Shown in pieces: positions 52,665 to 64,000 of a stretch of DNA of 64,000 nucleotides (position 1 is the first letter of the stretch; each line of letters begins with the position of its first letter). This stretch comes from Octopus sinensis (lineage: Eukaryota): assembly GCF_006345805.1 (NCBI RefSeq), contig NC_043001.1, positions 59,024,001-59,088,000 of the forward strand. The letters are read 5' to 3'. Made by a program: the position numbers and the translations under genes. The notes under the pieces were generated by a model. It saw nothing but the letters and a program-made list of their open reading frames with translations. It ran no database searches and was not told the origin of the DNA.

Positions 52665-53653
52665 TAAGTTATCCGATGGACTCTGATTCGTTGCTATTTC
52701 TAATAGATCTCTCAGAAACATTGACTCTCATTCATCCAGTGAGAGTTAAATGCATTGACTCTGGTCTGAGAGAAAAATGAGGGTTTCAATTGAAAAGCAA
52801 AGATCGGTTGCTAGAGGTCAAACACGTTAATGTTTTCAAATTTCAGCCAGGAGCTCTACTAAAGGCGCTTGGGCTAGCATAGCTCTGCTATAAATAAAAT
52901 TAAGTTAAATAGCTCTGATATTAATTATTTTTTAAAATATAATTGAAAATGTGTATGCCACCATATTATACCTACGGCAGATATTTAAGTTGCAACATGG
53001 AGGTAAATAATTGTTATTCATTTAACAGTGAAAAGTAGAAGTCGATCCTACCGAAAGGAAACAGTAACAAAATGGATCTGTATTTCTGAGATAAATGTAT
53101 GTTTGGTAGACTTTAATAATAATTTAAATATTATATTTTGTTTGTTCTATTCTTAGTTGACTTCCATAATGAGGCATATCTTATCTTATGTTTACATCTC
53201 TCTACGATGTTCTGATTTTTCCCCCGCTTCGCATTTGATGGTTTACTTTCTTGCATGATTACACAATGACTGAGCTGGTTTTGTAAGAATAATTATTTGT
53301 GTTAATGCAAAGATCTGAACACTGTAAATTTAATTTAATCTCAATAATAATTTAATTTAATATCAAGATGACTGACAGAGAACAGGAAGTAAAATGCTAG
53401 TAATATTGGTTTGTGAAAAGATTTACACATCAGTTGAAGCAATTTCTATTCCCTAAAGTTTCTTAATGGCATTCAAAAAACATAAATGTCAAGCTTTTCT
53501 ATTTTTCTCTCTTAAAATAAACTAAAATTTGCATCTGGTGAACTGTAAAACAATGCAGCATTCTTGAATTCGTTTATCTTTATGCTTCAATGTTTCTCTC
53601 TCTCACACGCACTTTTTCTCTCTTTGTCTCCGTCCCGACACACACACACACAC

Positions 53654-53684
<31 letters not shown>

Positions 53685-54049
53685 TGCTCATGTAAACATA
53701 TATATATGCATATATATACATATATATGTGTATGAATGTATATATAAATAAATAAATGTGTGTATATATATATATGCATATATCTATTTATATAGATACA
53801 CACACAACATATATATTCATATAAATAAATATACGTTCATGCATGTATATATATATACGTGTGTGTGTATGTATGTATGTATACATGGATGGATGGATGG
53901 ATAGATGGATAGATGGATGGATGGATGGATGGATGGATACAGTTTTGCTTTATTGTTTAATCAGCTTCATCCAGAGGTTGAGGACAAGTTGGTCACTGTC
54001 TTTTAATGTGATTGCGATTCGGGTTCCCTTTTCTTCATTTTTTCTGGTG

Positions 54050-56215
54050 AATTACTAAAGTGGGATGGATCTGCTTTGTGTCTCCAGCCGCGATGTAGAT
54101 TCAACTGGTATCTTAGATAAAACTTTATCTAGACGTTCTCTGAAGACTTCCACCTCTACTTCTCGTAAAACTCTAATGCTGCAATTTTAGGATCTACTTG
54201 ACTGCCAGTGATATTTTTTTATCATCAGCATATCTGGTGAGAGGGGTTAACAGTTTGGGTGAGGGCTATCTTAGAGAGCCACCAGAAACAATACTAGTCC
54301 TAGTCCAATTCTCTGAGGGACTTGCTTCAGAATTGATGCTTCCCATTGAAAGCACCTTTGGCTAAAAGTGTCTAACGTTTGACTTTCAATGCAATCACTC
54401 GCTTTAATTTTCTAGGAATAATGATGTCACAGAATTTGAGACATGTCATCTCATGATCAACTTCGTCAAATGACTCGGGAATGTCGTGATATGTCACGTC
54501 CATATTTGAGTAGTTGAGCTGTTGTTTCGGTACCGATTATAATGCTGTCGTAGTTGCGTGAAGTTGCTTCTCTCTGTACGGAAGCCATATTTCGTCTTTG
54601 TGAGCAAGTTATTATTTTTTTGTTCTTTAAGTTTCCTATCAATTTCTTAAGCCGATTTTGCTGGAGTGTCTGTTTTGGAATTGACTTCCAGTTTGGTTGC
54701 TTTCTGAGTACAATACATCTTTAATTAATTTTGGACTACGCATGGTCAGTTCCGCGCTGTTGGGGAAGCAGGGGTCTGAGATGTTATTGTTTCTAGTTGG
54801 AAATAGTATGGCTTGCTCCATGAACATCATTTTCGTAAGATCAAATAGAGATTCTGCTTGTTTCATTTTGCTTATCATATCTGAAGTAATGTCGCCTCCT
54901 GACCATCTGATATTGGGGAAGTTGAAGTCAACTATCAGAAGTATATTACGGCATTGACCTAGATTTATTGGTACTTCTTTTATCATCGTAAGGCCTTCTT
55001 CGAATTTAACAATATGATTTGAGGCATTGTGTTGTTGGTTAAGCTGTTTTAAATGCATTGGATCATAGACTGTGTTTGGGTGTGCTAACAAGGTTAGTGG
55101 TATGACATCTTAACGGACATACAACACAAATCCACCAGGGTTCCTTTTCCTGTCTACAGATTAGAGTATAAAAATGGTATATGTATCACAGCATCATTTA
55201 TGTTTAAAAACAGATGTGTCTCCGTAAATGTAATGCATATTGCTTGAATACATAAAGAAAGATCATCAGGCAGGCAATCTTGCGGTTACTGTTGAGTTTG
55301 TGTGAAACCTGTGACAGCCATCAGTAGAATTGGTGTGATTATCGGCTTGGTAGCAATAGTGACTACTCGCGGTTATTATTTGTGGAGTATTGTATGTGGT
55401 TGTGCCTGGCTTAATTTCCTTTCAACAATGCTAGCTGCTGCAATCTTTTTGTGCTATTCTTCTGCTATTTTCTTGTCCTACGGTTGCAGCTCATACTGCA
55501 GTTCCGTACATCCTTTTTGAAGTCTTCTTCACTGTCTGTCTGCATTAATATATGTGTCTATTTGGGTACAATATTAATCTATCTTTTGGTTAAATGGAGA
55601 GTGGTGTTTTGGCATGTGTTCCGTCATTCCTGAGCTTTGCAGTTCGTCCTCATCTCTCCAAGCCAGTAGACACCTTTTACGTAGAGTTTGAGACGGTAGC
55701 TACTTCACATAACTTCTTTCTTATTATTTTTTTATGTTTCTTTCGGTCGTTCTCTTTTTAGCTTCGAGCTCTCTTTCATCAGACTTCCGGCAGGCTCTTT
55801 TTCTTTTTCCGTTCCATTGGGAGGTGGCGTTGGCGATGCTTTTCTTAAGAATGTTCGTTTCCTTTTCCTTTCCAAGTTTATTATCTCCTTGAATATGAAT
55901 ATCCTCGTGATATGTTTGCTTTGTTTTGCCTTACCTTTGGGGATTTCTACATGAGGATTCAACATTGACACTGTTTTCTGTGTCTGGCGTTTCGATCTGG
56001 TATTCACCACTCTAAAAATTGGCATCCAGTTTGCTGAAGTGTTGTCCGATGAGTGCAAAGGAGCGGATAATGTGACATTTTTTCGCTCTGTTTGTGCCAC
56101 GGTTCTGGCAAATCAGGGCAGCCGAAATAAGTTTGTTGGGTGAACCATTTTTTACGATAATCCCAGTTTCTCGATATATTCACTGCAATACTTACGTTCT
56201 TCTTTATGGTGTATG
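54050..56215 (-). mobile_element. CR1-like LINE remnant (5'/ORF1-like region, APE endonuclease, partial RT) with internal deletions
   Basis: Minus strand: CITFTETHL, GGFVLYVR, LLIVDFNFPNIRW, PTRNNNISD (APE); DVTYHDIPESFDEVDH, VPQRIGLGLVLFLV, RYADD (RT). Confidence 0.8.
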
Positions 56216-56224
56216 ACCATGTGT

Positions 56225-56800
56225 GCAGAGGGTGAGAGAGAGAGAGCAAGTGACAGTGAGCGAGCGAGGAAGAGAGTGAGAGGGAGAGACAAGGAATTTG
56301 AGACAAGGGAAGAGAGAATAGAGGTTTGGGGTGCAGAGAAAGAATAGTGAAGGAATGGTAGGAATATTAAAGGAGATAGGGGAGTAAGCAGAGACGGAGA
56401 TACGAAGAAGAAGGGGTTTAGATAAGAGAGAACAATGGGATGGTAAGAGAAGATAGAATATGAAGGGTGAGAAAGGGGAGCGAACGGATACATGGAGGTG
56501 AAAGTGAATTAGTGGGTGGGAGAGAATTTCGCAAAAAAGAATGTGGTGGAGGGACAGGATAGGCTAAAATGGAAGAATAACTGGAGCTATTGAGAGAAGA
56601 GCAACTAGAGTTTTGAGACGAAAGGGTGAGGAATGTAAATTGAGAAACTGGAGTTTTATCGAATACGTGAAAAGATAGAGAGGAGGGAAATAGTTTGGTA
56701 TAGAAAGTGTGAAGGAAGAGACGGAGTAGGTTGGGAGAGAGAGAAACATAAGGAGAGCTGAAGAGAGAAATAATCGAAATGGAGAGCAATCCCAACAGAA
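56225..56800. repeat. Purine-rich (GA-rich) low-complexity tract
   Basis: Strong strand bias. Confidence 0.8.
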
Positions 56801-56894
56801 TAAAATGTAAGTATACATATATATATATATATGTACATACAAACACACGGACACACACATACACAAACAAACACACACACACACACATATATAC

Positions 56895-56926
<32 letters not shown>

Positions 56927-56970
56927 GCGCGTATATATACATATATCAACATATATACACAATGTATATA

Positions 56971-58192
56971 CAGAGCGGTTGGACAAAATGATGGAAACAT
57001 CTAGCATCATAGCATCATAATTCTAAAATATCTATAAAACCGTCAAAAGCTTCTTTATTTCTATTTTTTATTTATTGTTAGTATTGCTTAATATGTTTTG
57101 CTAAAATTGCTCTTTCTTTTCAGATGTCATCAGAAAAAGGTACTTAAAATTCATTAAAGGACAGATCTATCGGACCGTCAAAGAGGTCAAATTGTTGGTG
57201 CTCGAATGACAGGCGCTAGGATAACGAAAAGAGCTGAAATAGTTGATGTATCAAGAAGAACTGTCTCGAAAGTAATGACAGACTTTGAGAAAGAGGGAGA
57301 AACCGCCTCGTCGAAAAAACACTGCGGCAGAAAACCAAAACAGTCGGATTCTTAGGCAAATTGTTGGAAAGGATCAGAAAAGTACAGCTCCCAAAATTAC
57401 TGCATTGCTTAATGACCACCTCGAGAACCCAGTTTCGCCGGGAGCTGCACAAAGCTAGATTTCACAGGAGGACCGCAATCAGAAAACGACTACTTTCAAA
57501 AATAAATATTGCAAACCGTTTAGAGTGGAGAAATATTCTACAGATTTGGTCTATAGAGCAGTGGAAGAATGTTATTTTCGCGGACGAGTCATCTTTTGCA
57601 TTATTTCCGACAACCGGCTGAGTATTCGTGTGTAAACTGCCAAAAGAAGCATTTGACCCAGCCTGCCTTCTTCCAACTGTTAAACATGGAGGAGGATCTG
57701 TGATGATCTGGAGAACTATATCGTGGAAATTCGCCAACCTAATGGTTTACCTTCATGGCAGAATTAATAGTCAAAACTAAGCATTTTATCTTATCAAATT
57801 CATCCTAAGGTTGCAGGACTGTTTCCGAAGGGAAACGCAATCTTTCAGAATGATAATGCACCAATTCACACAACTAAAGTTGTTACTGAATTGCACGAGG
57901 AACATTCTAGTGAAGATAAACATCTTATCTGGCCACCACAGTCCTCAGATCTCATTGAACATTTATGGTGCATTTTAGTAAAAAAAAGAATCGATATCCT
58001 CCACCATCATCACTACAAGAACTGGAGATTGTTTTAGATGAAGAAAGGACAAAATTCCTTTAGAAACAATTCAATTTGTATGAGTCCATATATCGTAGAA
58101 TTCAAGCTGTAATTACAGCCAAATTTAGTCCTACTCCATATTAAAATAAATTTCTTTGAAAGTTTAAGGTGTCTCCAATATTTTGTCCAATC

Positions 58193-58196
<4 letters not shown>
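56971..58196 (+). mobile_element. Tc1-family (DD34E) transposon, decayed
   Basis: TIRs CAGAGCGGTTGGACAAAAT / ATTTTGTCCAATCTCTG with TA flanks; RGQIVGAR, WKNVIFADESSF, VKHGGGSVMIW, FQNDNAPIH, WPPQSSDL..IEHLW. Confidence 0.95.
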
Positions 58197-58282
<86 letters not shown>

Positions 58283-58543
58283 ATGTATGTATGTATGTAT
58301 GTATGTATGTATAGGGAGACTGCGAGAGCGAAAGAGAGTTGATAACGTGAGAGAATAAGAAATAGAGAAGGGAAACAGTTAGAGAAAGAGAGTGTGAGAA
58401 TAGAAAAGATATTTTAAATGTGTATTTAGTCATTTGTTTCTACAGAAGTATTTCCGTAGGGATATGTATTTCGGCTGGAGATATGGAGAATTTCTGAAAA
58501 TTCTCTCTCTCTCTCCCTCTCCCTCTCGCTTTCTTTCTTTCAT

Positions 58544-58647
<104 letters not shown>

Positions 58648-59105
58648 TATATATATGTATATGTATATATATATATCCTATTTGTTTACAACGAAAGATA
58701 TCAAATTAAGTTTGTTATATTTACTTGATGCACGATAACGATATGCTGTTATTTGGACAGACCTTGATGCCGTAGATGTAAACAAAATAAAAAAGCGAAT
58801 CTTAACTGAGAATTTTGCCTTTGGATAACTTTCAATAATGAAAATAAAATCGTATGCGTATACGTTCGTTCCCTTATTTGTCTAAGAATGCAAATGTTAC
58901 CACATAAATGGAAACCTGAAATTTGTTTCTGGAATTCATTCAATATTTCGTAAGTACATGGGATTGTCGAAAATTTTAAATACAGTTCGTAAATCTGGTT
59001 TATTTGATGATGACATATGTTGTATTTCACTCAGAATCCATTCAATTTTAGATTATTTCTATCTATTTCCAGGTTTCTTGGAGATTTTCTGGCAGTAAAA
59101 TCGCC

Positions 59106-60508
59106 GGATCTTTTCGTTTTGATGGACGGAATTTCTAGTTAACTAAACAATTTGAAATTTCGTATACTGGTAGAATGTGTCAAAAGAAAACATTATTTTC
59201 ACTTGGCTATTTTGAGAAAATTGTAATTTGTAAGTTTAACGTAGTTTAATTCTTCGAATTTTAACCAATGAATTGCCAGCATTTGAGCTGAAATCATTTG
59301 CTGCGTTATCGATATTGATAAACAAACGAGGAGACGCACTCCGCATACACACACACACACACATATTCAGATACATACACACGTACACTTGCACACACAC
59401 ACACTCTCTCTCAAACACATGCATATACATTTGCACAAGCACATAGTAATTAATATATAAGCGTACACACACATACAAACGGAGATATACATACACACAC
59501 ATACGCACACAAGCATACATACACGTTCGTGAGTTTGCAATGGTGTCGATAGAATCGACTTAATACTTTTGTATCTCATGCTTTGTCCCCTCTGTGTTTT
59601 GCCCCTTGCCGGAACAAATTTACACAAAAGGTAAATAAACCAGAAATGATGGGGGGTGGTCAATGTTTCATCGTTTCGGTGTCGATAAATTAAGTACCAA
59701 TTACGCACTGTGTCGAGGATTTTTTTCCCAATTTATATCACAGCCTTCGACAAGCTGGGGCATCCTTTTATGAACAATTATTTCGCAATTTTTTACAATA
59801 CGACCCACACTCCACGCGTACCCTCATATCCCACTCTAGACCGATTTAGGCATATTATTGTTTTGTTTTTGTTGTTTTTGGCCCTGGAAAACCATGGGAG
59901 AAGCCTTTTCGGTAAAAAAAATAAAGAAAATTTTCAAAAAAGATCGTTAATATTTTTATTGGGCGCCGAAATTCATCGATTTAAGAGATATGGTTGTTAT
60001 TTCTAGCATCCTTGTTTGTTTATCAATATCGATAACGCAGCAAGCGCGGAGACAGACAGAAGAGAGAAGGATGAATAACACGTGTGTGTGTGTGTGTCCA
60101 TATGTGTGTGTATGTATATCTCCGTTTGTATGTGAGTACGCTTATATATTAATTACTATGTGCTTATGCAAATGTATATGCATGTGTTTGAGAGAGAGAG
60201 AGAGAGAGAGTGTGTGTGTGTGCAAGTGTACATGTGTATGTATCTGAATATATGTGTGTGTGTGTGTATGCGGCGTGCGTCTCCTCGTTTATTTATCAAT
60301 ATCGATAACGCAGCAAATGATTTCAGTTCAAATGCTGGCAATTCATTGGTTAAAATTCGAAGAATTAAACTACGTTAAACTTACAAATTACAATTTTCTC
60401 AAAAAAGCCAAGTAACAATAATGTTTTCTTTTGACACATTCTACCAGTATACGAAGTTTCAAATTGCTTAGTTAACTAGAAATTCCGTCCATCAAAACGA
60501 AAAGATCC
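59106..60508. mobile_element. Non-autonomous foldback DNA transposon, ~420-bp TIRs, 8-bp TSD
   Basis: GGATCTTTTCGTTTTGATGGACGG / CCGTCCATCAAAACGAAAAGATCC; arms ~59106-59525 and ~60078-60508; TSD AAATCGCC at 59098-59105 and 60509-60516. Confidence 0.92.
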
Positions 60509-62519
60509 AAATCGCCTTCTAAGCGTCTCATCGTTGAGATTCAACGTTTTCCTGAATCAGCATTTTCACATACTAACTTTTCTGCGTTACCTAGCTGCTG
60601 CTGGTCTGCGGCAGCTTATCTGTTTATTTGACTAAACTATATTCGAAACTAACGTTCATGTCTAAAATCTACTTCACTATCCCCTATTGACTCGTGTATC
60701 TTTCTAAAGGAACCGCAGCCGAACGCATAAGGGGCAAATCCATCGGCTTTAGATACGGTTGCTTCGAATGAGGTGATGCTACACAAATCAGATTGGAATA
60801 ATCAAAGACATATATCTATATATATATATACACACACTCATACAAAATTCAAGAAGGAATTCCAACGATATATTGTCGGCATTCCAATAAGACAGGCTAT
60901 GTGATGGACAAATAACTGGATTAATCAGCTTAAAAATGGAAGTCAAACTGAAGCATGGGCATTGACTTCCCACCAAGATTTCCATCAAGAAGCAACTTAA
61001 TGTCGCTGCTCATGCTGTAAATAAACATGAGATGTTCACCTACAGGAAGATAATTCATCAGCATACTCAGTTTATATATCCAACTTTGTAGCCTAGTGAG
61101 ATATCAAGGAATCCTTTTACACATATTTGTTTGGGTTTTTTCTTTCACTGCTTATAACTGAGTTTTATTTACCCTAGTAGTTATTCTTAAAACCATCAAA
61201 TGCTTATTCATTTTTTACCTCAAAACTATCATCGACAAATCTCGTATCACACTTCTTTATACCCTAATCATGTGGAACTGCAGAAACGTAACACAGAGTA
61301 ACTTCAACAATATCCATCTTCACCTTCATAGGAACCTATCCAAGAACATCAGGTCTGCCTAAAGTGGTCTTTGATCGAATATGTAACGGATTTTTTTTAG
61401 ATTTTCCAAAAGTTGCCACCAAGAATGACTTAATGAAAATGATCTTAAAATTAAACCAGCGGTCAACTAGATAGAAATTTCGACATACATCAGGCAATGA
61501 ACATCCTTCAATTGCAAAAAGAAAAAACAATGATATAATATCTAAACACAAGAAAATAATGACCAGAGAAAGTTATTGACATCAATTGTAGGAATAAGCG
61601 AATCCAAAGATTCTTTAGTGATACATCAGAATTAAGGATAATCTAGTTTGTGTCACATTCTTTATAATAATACCCACTTAGTCTAGGTACATATTTTACT
61701 TAATTCAGGGTTGTTTTTACTGATAATGATAATTTTTTGTCCTTGGCAGGACCTGCGGGAGTATACCTTATATCAACTGTTTTTCGGTAATGATTATCCA
61801 ATCGTTGCTTAAAGTGCGGTGAATCTAAATTTACATTATCCTGTGTATGTTGTAGATTGTTTGATGTGATTTTATAGAAATATGGCTACTATTTCTGTCA
61901 CGTTAAGCGACCATCTATAATTTCAGACATTGATGTCACGAGATTGATATTATTGTTTAACAGCATTTCCTTACTGATAAAGCAAACATTTAGCAAAAAA
62001 AGCATTTCAAACATCACTGTACCGACATACTCCGTGGACGATTTCCGTCTCCCTTCGATGTATATTGTGTTTTTAAACGTCTGGAAGAGATGCTATCTGC
62101 AGATTAGCACTGTATTGCACTTGCCTTTCAGTGACGCATTTACCTTAATGAAACGTGGATGGCTATTTTATTTCAATACGGGTGCCTTTTCGTAATACCA
62201 ACAAACGGTCATTCACTGTCTACTTCTATACAAGTGTTGACAAATCTCGTCTAAGCATATAGTTAATTGTGCGTACACGACATTGACAGAGCCCATATTG
62301 GTAGAGATACATTTGGTGATTTCGCAAGCTACCTTTGGGATGCTTGCTGTGGATTTTCTATTATATACGATGTCTTTAATTATAGTCCATCCATAAGCGT
62401 TGTTATCTCCAGGCGAATACCGAAGTAGAATAGATTTGCATTTCAGTGTTCTAACTACACTATAGACCACTAATAAATTTTAATATTACTTCTATTTCAT
62501 GTAGCTGATACATATGTAT

Positions 62520-62594
62520 TGTCTTTCTCTCTCTCTTTCTCTCTCTCTCTTCCCTCTCTTACACACACATGCAAACACATGCAAACACACACAG

Positions 62595-62668
<74 letters not shown>

Positions 62669-62690
62669 CATGCATATTTATACTCATATG
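62520..62690. repeat. (CT)n(CA)n(TA)n compound microsatellite
   Basis: Direct reading. Confidence 0.95.
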
Positions 62691-64000
62691 TAATATACAT
62701 ATACGAACATAGCACCACTCTAATATATGTGGTCACATCTTCATAATTATATGAAACATACTGTATATTTGTATGTGTACACATTTTAGATGGCATACTC
62801 TAAGGCAGAGACAGAGAAGATTTGAAATATTAAATATATGAAGTGATTCATATGTATGATTACGTTCATATATACAGGCGTGGTGAACATTCCTCCAGTG
62901 AACAGATGCGTCTTAGAAATATCTATTGCATTTGTGAATACACAGTTGACTTCACTTTAATTTTCCTTATCATTAATGGTTTGGTAAAATATAAAAAAAA
63001 TATTGTGATGATAATGCAAAATAATAAAAAGCTGATAAAATTTCCTAAACACTTATACTTTCTCCTTTGTTCCCTCCCTTCTTCCTTTCTTTTCAATCAA
63101 TGTTTGTAAAATTACAAATTTTTTCCTCTTCAACAAACCTAAATTAAAACATTTCTGCTCCATGTTTATAGCCTTTATTCGAGAAAATAGCAAACATCTT
63201 CCTCATTCACCCAATCTCAAATTACAACCGTTTGTCGCCATTATTTATGCTTTATTTTTTCACATTTGTATAGAACAATTGAACGGTTTATGGACTGTTG
63301 AAGAACTGCAGGTTAATAGCCCAATATTCTTTCGATGTGAACATTCTTAAAATAGAATTTCTTTTCAGTAGAGGCGCAGATATTTTCTAACATCGTTCTT
63401 CTTTCTTTTATGATATATAAGCGCTGTAAATCATAGTCAGTTAATATTTTCAGCAACAAATATACAGATGCTCCCAGGCACACAGACATTCACACGAACA
63501 ATATGCATAATGAAGGTGATGCCTATTTTCCATTACTTCAAATATCTTACTAAAGAGACGTTCATCAATTGCCATAACTACCACTATCGTTTTTTGATAA
63601 TATAATTGTGGTTACTCTATACGTCGAGGCGTATATTGTAATCTTCCGGTCGAATTATCTGGGTTCATTAGAACAATCATGCTCTATTTCGATCTGGCAA
63701 ATTAGCAGGAAATATTTGATAGTATTTCCGATTAATGTCTAAACTATATATTCCTTTGGTGTATGGTTCTTTCTGACACTACTTCGCTTTATTTATATAG
63801 CCTGTGCTATTTAGTTAAATGCGCATTGAATATCGAAACGTTTTATACAATCGTCTTTAAATTGTGTGGTTAAAGCGGTAATTATTATTATTTTTTTTTC
63901 ACGAAAATAGTTCAGGTTTATGCAATCATAAACTAAAGTTGTCTTCGAAGATGTAAATATTAGACTTTTCTGTGCTTGTGATTCTCTAAGTATATCCTAT

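Noticed and set aside
60840-61550. Possible decayed LINE (YADE-like string on the minus strand near 61055)
   Set aside because: No supporting flanking RT motifs could be read.

Overview
AT-rich, microsatellite-saturated eukaryotic non-coding DNA. The repeat content (tRNA-derived SINEs with internal (TA)n/(TG)n, mariner/Tc1, RTE, CR1-like and R4/Dong-like LINEs) suggests an octopod cephalopod genome; this is inference from repeat style, not a database match. No intact host gene can be supported, and almost every listed ORF is microsatellite read-through or a decayed transposon fragment. Identified: two near-full mariner copies, one Tc1 copy, mariner/Tigger-type MITEs, a Gypsy-type solo LTR with 4-bp TSD plus a Gypsy pol fragment, RTE, CR1-like and three R4/Dong-like LINE fragments, three SINE families, a probable Helitron-type element, and a 1.4-kb foldback element with ~420-bp TIRs and an 8-bp TSD. 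Most notable: (1) several unrelated short non-coding elements embedded in (TA)n tracts carry hammerhead-ribozyme-like motifs of the Penelope/retrozyme type, one as a ~506-bp tandem dimer; (2) a ~2-kb retroelement with a TSD that encodes only an ORF1/gag-like CCHC protein (HAL1-like), inserted in a SINE head; (3) a 300-bp templated insertion copied from 6.7 kb upstream into a SINE, with junction microhomologies.
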